Shown in pieces: positions 9,903 through 17,141 of a stretch of 64,000 nt of DNA. The notes beneath the pieces were generated by a model that searched no databases, was not told the DNA's origin, and was given only the letters and a program-made list of their open reading frames with translations. The stretch's first letter is position 1; the number at the start of each line of letters is the position of its first letter. The stretch comes from a virus. Its lineage: Duplodnaviria > Caudoviricetes. The stretch spans positions 1,334 to 65,333 of IMG/VR virus record IMGVR_UViG_3300020469_000044; one strand, 5' to 3'. The position numbers and the translations under genes were made by a program.

Positions 9903-9930
9903 TTATATACTAAAAAAGGAGATTGTTTCA
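9903..9930 (-). promoter_or_regulatory. TGAAAC-N15-TATATAA promoter of the modification/polymerase operon
   Basis: Bipartite motif just upstream of the DUF6378 ATG. Confidence 0.75.
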
Positions 9931-9943
9931 TACAATCTCCTTT
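9911..9943 (-). terminator. intrinsic terminator overlapping the downstream promoter
   Basis: AAAGGAGATTGT/ACAATCTCCTTT inverted repeat with a T-run on the minus strand. Confidence 0.7.
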
Positions 9944-9983
9944 AAATTACTAATTAGTTATTAACTTTTTTACAATGTTGATT

Positions 9984-10445
9984 TTAAAATTTAAAGAATG
10001 GGTCTACACCAAGTTCGAACTTTTTAATATCTTTAATGTTAACCATCATGGATAAATATGGGGGATTACTGTAACCATCATATTGACCAATTACCTTTGC
10101 GCCATTTATTGTTCCGTTAATATAATCAAAGCCTGAGCCAGGTATTTCAATATCTTTTTGGTTTTTCATGCTATCGACAAGTTCATAATACCTGTCAGTT
10201 AGTGCTTTTCCATTAGGATGGTTTGCCCATGTATCTCCTCCAATAAGTTCAACTATTTGGTCTGTTCCTAAGTAGTCTGTTATAAATTTCCAATCTCCAT
10301 CAAGCTCTTCTGGTTCTGCATTACCTTCTTCTCTGTTATACCAGTCTTGCTTAAATCTTTTAGCCATTTTTTTAAGTTCTGCTGGTGTTGTAGCCATCCT
10401 ATCGTTTTCAGTAATAAATTCTTCGAATAATTTTATATTTTTCAT
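9984..10445 (-). CDS. hypothetical protein with capsid-targeting-like leader (MKNIKLFEEFITE)
   Basis: Start revised from GTG 10517 to ATG 10445; the upstream extension overlaps the Cys-rich ORF. Confidence 0.75.
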   Translation of the reverse strand: MKNIKLFEEFITENDRMATTPAELKKMAKRFKQDWYNREEGNAEPEELDGDWKFITDYLGTDQIVELIGGDTWANHPNGKALTDRYYELVDSMKNQKDIEIPGSGFDYINGTINGAKVIGQYDGYSNPPYLSMMVNIKDIKKFELGVDPFFKF

Positions 10446-10458
10446 AATTGTTGTTTTT

Positions 10459-10530
10459 TTAGCAATCGCAACAGTTGCAATTACAACTAGTTTCACAATT
10501 ACACTCTTTACATTCACATGGTTTTTTCAT
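10459..10530 (-). CDS. metallothionein-like Cys-rich micro-protein (23 aa)
   Basis: MKKPCECKECNCETSCNCNCCDC*; 9 Cys; fits between flanking genes. Confidence 0.7.
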   Translation of the reverse strand: MKKPCECKECNCETSCNCNCCDC

Positions 10531-10548
10531 GATATTGCTTTTATTTTT

Positions 10549-10968
10549 TTAAATTTCTGCTGAGACTAAATCTCTTTCTCCATAGGAAGCCATCATCCAT
10601 TGTTTTGATCTTTCATCCCATAAATAAACATATTCCGCGCCACCATCGTCTTCGGCATCCGCTAAGTAATTTGCAATTCTAGCAACATTACCAGTCATCG
10701 CTCCAGAATCGTCATTGTAAAAGTTAATATTTTTAGGATTTACTTCTAAACCTGAACCACCTCCTTGTGAAATTACATAGTCTACATTTTTTCCACCTTT
10801 ATAACCTTTTCTTAACATAGGTAATATGTTTTCAGGATAACCATCGTAATGCATATATACAGATGTTATATTTCCTCTCTTGTCAATTTTTCCAAATTGA
10901 GAACGAGTACCTTCATTAATTCCTTGAGATTCATTAACGAAGTCATTAAAATTCTTAATATTGTTCAT
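10549..10968 (-). CDS. GTRS...YxHYDGYP-family phage protein with capsid-targeting-like leader
   Basis: MNNIKNFNDFVNESQGINE then GTRSQFG...YMHYDGYP...EYVYLW; start revised to ATG 10968, downstream of GATATATAA at 10994-11002. Confidence 0.75.
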   Translation of the reverse strand: MNNIKNFNDFVNESQGINEGTRSQFGKIDKRGNITSVYMHYDGYPENILPMLRKGYKGGKNVDYVISQGGGSGLEVNPKNINFYNDDSGAMTGNVARIANYLADAEDDGGAEYVYLWDERSKQWMMASYGERDLVSAEI

Positions 10969-11005
10969 AATGCTTTTTTTGTTTTTCAATATATTATATA
11001 TCAAA

Positions 11006-11224
11006 CTAAAAAGGGAGTTTTTCAGGAATTGGATCTGTTAAAGGTATTTCTCTACTCAGTAGACTTGCAAAGGGAGTAGCGTCCAATTGTTCAAGCTTGC
11101 AGTCTTGCATTGGGAACTTAGAATTTTCTCTTTTTTCAATCATTTTAGCCTTTGATCTGGCATGCTCGTCACTTGTAGCATAAATGTACATTGTGTACGT
11201 TGCTGTGTATCTTTTTTCTTTCAT
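11006..11224 (-). CDS. hypothetical protein
   Basis: 72-aa ORF, ATG start, co-oriented. Confidence 0.7.
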   Translation of the reverse strand: MKEKRYTATYTMYIYATSDEHARSKAKMIEKRENSKFPMQDCKLEQLDATPFASLLSREIPLTDPIPEKLPF

Positions 11225-11236
11225 TTTTTATTTTAT

Positions 11237-11401
11237 TTATTTTTGTCTTAATAATTCTGCCTTTGTTGTTGTTTTTCCACATAACCTACATCTAACTTTG
11301 GCATTAGCTTGGTCATAATTTTGTTCTACATATTCCCACAAGTGGGTATGATTTTTATACCAGAAGCGATATATCCAGTCTGCTATTTTTCTTTTAAGCA
11401 T
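11237..11401 (-). CDS. small putative Zn-ribbon protein (54 aa; HTH..W, CRLCGK)
   Basis: Read by hand: MLKRKIADWIYRFWYKNHTHLWEY...VRCRLCGKTTTKAELLRQK*; below the ORF-track cutoff. Confidence 0.65.
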   Translation of the reverse strand: MLKRKIADWIYRFWYKNHTHLWEYVEQNYDQANAKVRCRLCGKTTTKAELLRQK

Positions 11402-11606
11402 CCTTGTTTTTGTTTACAAAGTCAATTAATTCATTTGCAATTGCCAATGCTTCATCATAGGATGCATATAAACTAAATGTTTGTGAAGTGTCTGGTTCTT
11501 CATTTGAATGGATACATACTCCGTCTTGACCTGGAGAAGGTTCTATTATTACAGATTGCTCTGCATCACATGTAAAAATCTTTATTTGTTTCCAAGGTTT
11601 ACTCAT
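11394..11606 (-). CDS. hypothetical protein
   Basis: ORF MSKPWKQIKIF...; ATG 11606 overlaps the 3' end of the upstream gene. Confidence 0.65.
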   Translation of the reverse strand: MSKPWKQIKIFTCDAEQSVIIEPSPGQDGVCIHSNEEPDTSQTFSLYASYDEALAIANELIDFVNKNKDA

Positions 11607-11880
11607 TTTCTTTGTTTTGTTGTTGCTCAATAATTTCTGTGTTCTTTTTTGCTCTTTCTTCCCACTTATCTAAATAGTCTTTTTTAGGTTTTAAATTGTT
11701 ATCGAATACTTTGTTAATATCTTCTGTTAAGATTCCTCCCTCAGATAGGGGTGCATCTAGTAAAATCTTTGCAGTGGCTAGTGCCATACCTGATTTTCCT
11801 TCTTTTAACATATCACCTAAAAGTGTGAGTTTCATTTCTGCTGGTAAACCTAAAAACCAATCTTTCTCTGCTGTCGTCAT
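11599..11880 (-). CDS. hypothetical early protein
   Basis: ATG 11880 (MTTAEKDW) preceded by the leader TTAAAACTTAAACAA. Confidence 0.7.
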   Translation of the reverse strand: MTTAEKDWFLGLPAEMKLTLLGDMLKEGKSGMALATAKILLDAPLSEGGILTEDINKVFDNNLKPKKDYLDKWEERAKKNTEIIEQQQNKENE

Positions 11881-11899
11881 TTGTTTAAGTTTTAAATTG

Positions 11900-11971
11900 T
11901 TAATCAACAACAGTTCCTGCTGTTTCAGCATGTTCTAACATTTCTTTTATTAATTTGTCTATTTTTGTCAT
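11900..11971 (-). CDS. 23-aa micro-ORF (MTKIDKLIKEMLEHAETAGTVVD)
   Basis: Has the same 20-nt leader TTAAAACTTAAACAAATGAC as the next gene; first ORF after the host-type promoter. Confidence 0.5.
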   Translation of the reverse strand: MTKIDKLIKEMLEHAETAGTVVD

Positions 11972-11981
11972 TTGTTTAAGT

Positions 11982-12062
11982 TTTAATTATATATTAAATA
12001 TAACTATTTTTGGTGACATAAAAAAATCTGGAGGTAACTTTTTTCTAAAAGTTATTAACAAT
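11982..12062 (-). promoter_or_regulatory. host-type (Bacteroidota-like) early promoter repeat, copy 1
   Basis: ATTGTTAATAACTTT...TTTTTTTATGTCACC..AATAGTTATATTTA; near-identical to 28021-28100; TATATTTA resembles the TAnnTTTG -7 element. Confidence 0.7.
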
Positions 12063-12077
12063 GTGATATTATTAAAA

Positions 12078-12560
12078 AGAGAAGATCGATTTGGTAGGAT
12101 TAGCTTTTACCTACAACTCAAATTGTCGTGTAATATATGGTGACTTTAAACATTGACTGACATCAACTTACCCGTATTTAGAATCGGCCAGACTCTTAAC
12201 ATTGGATAAAACTACTACAGTAGCTTAAATGCGTTACCCCCGACATAGGGTTTTTCCGCCATAAAACTGGAGTTTGGTTTCCCTTACCAGTACACCATTA
12301 CAGAATAGCTTCTAAGTTTAGAAGTATTCGAGAACCATCATCGAGGTCGTTATCCTCTGCTGGCTTCCATTTGGAAGATTTCCCAGTAGCCCATCGGCTT
12401 GATGTTTGTGCCTTATACCCTTCTGATCAGGTATTTTTCAGCCACAAATCTACAACTTCTTTCCCGTCGGAAGTCTGTTGCCTTCTCTAATCTCTTTCGA
12501 GATTTGTTTTTAATAATTCAATGAACGTTGTTGATCCGGTAACATTTCCTGATTATCAAC
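12078..12560 (-). ncRNA. candidate large multi-stem structured ncRNA (~410-480 nt)
   Basis: No credible ORF; GC-enriched; AGAGAAG/CTTCTCT closing stem (12482-12488 with 12078-12084) enclosing about 10 hairpins; dedicated promoter at 12566-12593. Confidence 0.75.
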
Positions 12561-12565
12561 AGTTA

Positions 12566-12593
12566 TTATATACAGTTGTTTTAAAAAGTTTCA
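12566..12593 (-). promoter_or_regulatory. TGAAAC-N15-TATATAA promoter driving the candidate ncRNA
   Basis: Exact bipartite motif; no ORF immediately downstream. Confidence 0.75.
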
Positions 12594-12601
12594 AAAAAAT
12601 T

Positions 12602-12630
12602 AAAAAAAGCCCAAATTTCTTTGGGCTTTT
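12602..12630 (-). terminator. intrinsic terminator after the internal-protein cluster
   Basis: AAAAGCCCAAA/TTTGGGCTTTT inverted repeat with a T7 tail on the minus strand. Confidence 0.8.
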
Positions 12631-12649
12631 AAAATATTATAACTTTATT

Positions 12650-13786
12650 CTATCTTTGATCTTTTGCGATGCTATTAGCTTGAGCTCTAAACTGATCCAT
12701 CATGTTTTTAGATTTTAAACCTAAATCATCAAATGCGTCTTTGCCATACCTTTTTTCTAACTCTTTATTGCTGCTTTTTAAAACTTTCATAAGCTTTTTA
12801 TATTTCTGAGTTTTTTTTCTGTATTTTGCAAATGCATCATCAACATCAGTTGGATCTGCTTCATCCATTGCTGCCATAACCTTATCAAGATGGTCTAAGT
12901 TATCAATTGCCTTGTCAAAGGCTCCTTGAACATCTAGTTCTTGAAATTGATTAATAATATCCTCTACTTCTTTTTCTTCTTTTTTTGATTCTTTTCCTCT
13001 TAACCTTGAGAAAAAACCCTCTTTTAAAGATTCACCTAAGTTTGCATAGTCTTTCGCGTATTTTTTCAACATTCTTTCGTTATAATATTCATCTAATTTA
13101 TCTAGGAAAGCTTCATGTGAATAGTCCATTCCCGGTACTAAATATTCTCCCATATATTTACCATGTGGAGAATTTAAAAAACCAATTGCTTGTTTTTCTG
13201 TCATTCCTTTATCCATTAAAACAGTAACAGCGCTTTGGTAAGCTCTTTGACGGTCTTTAGCATTTAAGTCTGACATTTCTTTAAGATATGCAACATAACC
13301 TAAACTTTTTCTAGCATCTTTAATTTTAGCTTCATCTACAGATTCGTTTTGAGCGTCAAACCATGCAATTTGCCAATCATCTATATCAAACTTATAGAAT
13401 GATACTAAGTCTGCAATTTTATCATTAGCGGCTGGATCACCATCTCCTCTTTCAACTCCAGTAACGTCACGATAATTCTTTGTAATAAATGTTGCAAGTT
13501 CCTGTTCACTTGGTCTTCTTCCTAATTCCTTTATGACTTTCTTAACGGTGTTATATCTACCAACTGCCTGATATTCTTCATTTAAAAATCCACTAAATGT
13601 AGTATGTAACATAGTTTCTTCTTTTCTATTTTTAAGATACTCTTCTCTTTCTTTCTTCTTTTTCTTTTGCTCTTTCTTAGCATCTCCTTTACCAGCAGGT
13701 ACATCTCCACTTCCTACTTCTCCACCTTGTGGAAAGGCAGGATTTCCCATACCTCCAATATTTGCTGGTGAAATGTTTTCGTTCAT
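12650..13786 (-). CDS. modular putative internal head protein
   Basis: TAATG-coupled to the upstream gene; linkers FSGFLNEE, NESVDEA and GESLKEG separate unrelated segments. Confidence 0.7.
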   Translation of the reverse strand: MNENISPANIGGMGNPAFPQGGEVGSGDVPAGKGDAKKEQKKKKKEREEYLKNRKEETMLHTTFSGFLNEEYQAVGRYNTVKKVIKELGRRPSEQELATFITKNYRDVTGVERGDGDPAANDKIADLVSFYKFDIDDWQIAWFDAQNESVDEAKIKDARKSLGYVAYLKEMSDLNAKDRQRAYQSAVTVLMDKGMTEKQAIGFLNSPHGKYMGEYLVPGMDYSHEAFLDKLDEYYNERMLKKYAKDYANLGESLKEGFFSRLRGKESKKEEKEVEDIINQFQELDVQGAFDKAIDNLDHLDKVMAAMDEADPTDVDDAFAKYRKKTQKYKKLMKVLKSSNKELEKRYGKDAFDDLGLKSKNMMDQFRAQANSIAKDQR

Positions 13787-16700
13787 TACCAAGCTAAGTT
13801 TCTTTTCTTAAGTTTACCTAAACGATCTTTAATCTCTTTAGCGTATTTCTTCATTTCATCACTGTAGTATTTTACTGTCCAAGTATCTTCTTTGTCTTCT
13901 TTTGCATTTGCAACAGTGTCAGCAGCTTTAGCCCATCTTTCATAGTCTTGCATTAAATTGTTTGTAAAGTTATTTAAGTCAGAAATTCTGTAAGCCTTTC
14001 CATCTGCACCTGTTCCCATGATAAATTCTCCATATTTATTAACTTCTCTCTTCTTAACGCCATCTGCCATTATTTTAGCAACTTCCTCAATTGCTCCTAC
14101 TACTAAATCATCAATTGGAAGTGAATTTGCTCTTTGCTGTAAGATTGCTTTATACTTTTCCATGTTATGATTTTTAAATTCTTTAGGGTCCATTAATGCA
14201 GTAGCTCCTGATTTTTGCTCTCTTCTTTTAACTTGTAAATCTCTTGAATCTGGCAATGCAGCTGTATTAATTACAAATGCAGCATCAGCAAGGTCTATCA
14301 TTCTTTTTACATTATAAACTCCAGTAGAGTCATAACCTTTATATTTTTTATTAATTCCAATATCAGATTGAGAGCGTTTATCATTTGGAGTTAAAGAATA
14401 ACCTGTTTTACCTGATTTTCTATCATAATGGTGTGTCATATATGCAACTTCTTTTCCCATGCCTATACCGAGAATAGTGTTTGCTGGGAATTTTAAATTA
14501 CTTTCAATGTACCTGTTATCATATTTGTCAGCATAGGGGTTTTCCTTTTCTTGAGTTGTATAATAAACTACTAGGCCTTCTGCTTTTTTACCTTGCTTTG
14601 GATCGATGTCTATTATTTGCTCGTCTTTAATTTGGTCTAATCTAATTTTACTAAAGCCGTAAATTGCTTTTAGTATTTTTGCATTTCCCTGTTTCATAGA
14701 AAGAAGACCTCTAAGCTTAGAACTTTTAAGTGCTTCATTAATATCTAAAGATTCGTTAACGAATTGCTGAAAGCTAGCGTGTATTGTGTTTTCTTCTATT
14801 TTATTTGATTCATATTGCTGTACCATTTGATAATGCGATTTTATAAAATTAAGAAATTTTTCATAAGAATCCTTTTGAGTTTTTGGAGTATCAAATGCTT
14901 TAAACTTATCATGTTTAAATACTTTCTTTATAAAGTCTTCTACATTTTTTGCCGTTCTTGCGATACCTGTTAACTTTGCAGTAAAGCTTTCGTCTAATTT
15001 AAAAGATTCTAGATAATCTTCTCCACCTTGTTCGAAGTCATCCATTGCAGCTTCTAATTCCTTTTTAGAAAAACCTGCTTTTTTGCCAGCTTTCATATAT
15101 TCCTTTTCATCTTTAAATGAATCTATATTTGCTGTAAACCAATCTTTTATAGATTTTTCATTAAGAGATTCATTTATAAACTGATCAAAGTCTGTATATA
15201 TTGTTGATTCTTTCATTGCTTTTGACTGTTGTTTAAGTTCTTCATATTCACCCTTAAGGTTTTTTGTATATCTATCAATTCCCCAATTAAATGAAGCCTT
15301 AAAAATATGTTCAAATGGAAGTCCATTATATTTTCTACCGTATGCTGATTGACTTAACCAGTCTAAGTATGCCTGGGCCATTTCTTTAGAAAGTTTAATA
15401 CCTTCAACCTCCGATGCAAAACCTTTAGCAACGTCTTTTAACATTTGAGTTGCTTTTGCTCTTTCATTGATTTCTACCGATTCTTTGATACCTAAAAAGT
15501 CTGCTGCTGCAGATTTAAGTTCTGCATAAGTATATTTTCCTTTTAATGCATCGCTAAGAATAGTTCCTTCTTTTTTACCACCTCCAACATACATTGATAC
15601 ATGATCGAAGCCTAACCAATCTCCTCCTGAAAATTCATGATCTGGATTCATACCTAATTCTACTGAAAGAGTATATGATAAAGACCTTTTTCCAATAAAT
15701 TGATCGTTATAACCGAGTTTTCCGGCTTTTACATATCCGGCTGGATTGACCTTTGCCTCGTTAATGTTTTCTTTTTTTATATTTGTTTTAATATTTTCGT
15801 CCATTTTATCACCGTTAGGTTTTTTACCAGTTTTAATAGCATAAGAAACTACTTCCTTAGTATTAAATGCAGGTTTTGGAGCCTTACCTCCATTATATTC
15901 TTTATCCCATTTTGCAATAGATTTATCATCTTCTAAATCAAATTCACCATTCTTATATGCTTCAATTGCTTTCATAGTAAATTGAGAGTCCCAAGATTTT
16001 GGTGCCTTAGCTTCATTAACTGATTCTGTCATTACTAACGCTATATCTTTATAATCTATCTCATACTCATCTCCATCTTGGTCAACTGCAAATACTGATT
16101 TATCATGCCACATCTCAGCATTATCATCATTGTTAGAATCAGGATTGTAGATGATGTATTCTTTTCCATCTCCGGTTTGAATTGTTGCATCGTCTGCATC
16201 ACCTAATCTTTTTAATAATTTTTTCTTATCATATCTAGCTTCATTAACTGATTCTAAAATATCAAATATGTGAAAACCTCCACCTGTCATTTTATCTGAC
16301 CATTCAACATGCTTAAGTTCAACATCTGGCTCAACCTTCTTAATAGAATCAATTACCGTTTGTGGGTTAATCTTGTAACCATACATGATTTGAATTCTTT
16401 TCTTGTTAAGTTTAGTAATTTTTGGCTTAGTATTACCTGTGTAGTCTATTGCCAATTGATATGCAATATCAGATTTGTTTAAAGCTTCATCTAATGATTC
16501 TTTAGCAAGCTTGCCAAAATGTTTCTTAAAAAAAGTAATAAAGTCTTTGGTACTGTCATCCATGTGTCCAACCTTTAAACCATTATGAGCAGCGTTTATT
16601 ACACTACCATCATCTATAATCATATAAGTGCCTCCATCAAATTCATCTCCATCATAATCTAAATCAAATGAATCTTCCTCTAATGTTTTCATGTTAACTG

Positions 16701-17100
16701 TACATTTAACTTTGTCAACTTTACTTATTGCTTCTGCAATTTTTTTAGCAACTTCTAATGTTTCATCCTTTGTAAGTCCCATAGGTTTTTTAGTTCCTAT
16801 TGCTTCATTTACAGGTTGAATAGTTTTAAGAACTTTTTTACCATAACCTGAAAGGCTTACGCCGTCTTCTTCTATTTTAAAAAATCTTTTATTTCCTCTT
16901 GTCCATTTTGATGGAGCTAAAGAGTGTTGACTGACTATTTCATTAAATTCATCAACTGTAATTTTACCGTCCTTTAATGCTTCGATAATTGCATTTCTAA
17001 CTCTAGCTGAATTGCCTACGGTTTTAGCGGGATGTGCTTCAGTATATCTTCTTTTAAGAGTTATATTTTTTTCATTTAAAAAATCTTTGAATGTTGCCAT
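13786..17100 (-). CDS. 1104-aa modular putative head-packaged polyprotein
   Basis: N-terminal MATFKDFLNEK; about 9 internal (E)S[VLI][ND]E[AK]-type linkers; GATATATAA upstream at 17129-17137. Confidence 0.75.
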   Translation of the reverse strand: MATFKDFLNEKNITLKRRYTEAHPAKTVGNSARVRNAIIEALKDGKITVDEFNEIVSQHSLAPSKWTRGNKRFFKIEEDGVSLSGYGKKVLKTIQPVNEAIGTKKPMGLTKDETLEVAKKIAEAISKVDKVKCTVNMKTLEEDSFDLDYDGDEFDGGTYMIIDDGSVINAAHNGLKVGHMDDSTKDFITFFKKHFGKLAKESLDEALNKSDIAYQLAIDYTGNTKPKITKLNKKRIQIMYGYKINPQTVIDSIKKVEPDVELKHVEWSDKMTGGGFHIFDILESVNEARYDKKKLLKRLGDADDATIQTGDGKEYIIYNPDSNNDDNAEMWHDKSVFAVDQDGDEYEIDYKDIALVMTESVNEAKAPKSWDSQFTMKAIEAYKNGEFDLEDDKSIAKWDKEYNGGKAPKPAFNTKEVVSYAIKTGKKPNGDKMDENIKTNIKKENINEAKVNPAGYVKAGKLGYNDQFIGKRSLSYTLSVELGMNPDHEFSGGDWLGFDHVSMYVGGGKKEGTILSDALKGKYTYAELKSAAADFLGIKESVEINERAKATQMLKDVAKGFASEVEGIKLSKEMAQAYLDWLSQSAYGRKYNGLPFEHIFKASFNWGIDRYTKNLKGEYEELKQQSKAMKESTIYTDFDQFINESLNEKSIKDWFTANIDSFKDEKEYMKAGKKAGFSKKELEAAMDDFEQGGEDYLESFKLDESFTAKLTGIARTAKNVEDFIKKVFKHDKFKAFDTPKTQKDSYEKFLNFIKSHYQMVQQYESNKIEENTIHASFQQFVNESLDINEALKSSKLRGLLSMKQGNAKILKAIYGFSKIRLDQIKDEQIIDIDPKQGKKAEGLVVYYTTQEKENPYADKYDNRYIESNLKFPANTILGIGMGKEVAYMTHHYDRKSGKTGYSLTPNDKRSQSDIGINKKYKGYDSTGVYNVKRMIDLADAAFVINTAALPDSRDLQVKRREQKSGATALMDPKEFKNHNMEKYKAILQQRANSLPIDDLVVGAIEEVAKIMADGVKKREVNKYGEFIMGTGADGKAYRISDLNNFTNNLMQDYERWAKAADTVANAKEDKEDTWTVKYYSDEMKKYAKEIKDRLGKLKKRNLAW
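16008..16255. repeat. 20-bp exact direct repeat (16008-16027, 16236-16255) encoding the ESVNEA linker
   Basis: tagcttcattaactgattct occurs twice, flanking one 76-codon module. Confidence 0.85.
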
Positions 17101-17141
17101 TTTTATTTATTTATTTTTGTCCTATCTATTATATATCAATA

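Noticed and set aside
10446-10517. Hydrophobic N-terminal signal peptide on the 9984 ORF (MNVKSVIVKLVVIATVAIA)
   Set aside because: Artefact of reading the Cys-rich micro-ORF in another frame; the true start is likely ATG 10445
12078-12560. Large RNA read as tmRNA, RNase P, tRNA cluster, or group I/II intron
   Set aside because: No GGGG..TCCACCA ends, no GAGGAAAGTCC, no TTCGA-loop cloverleaves, no interrupted host gene and no convincing intron core
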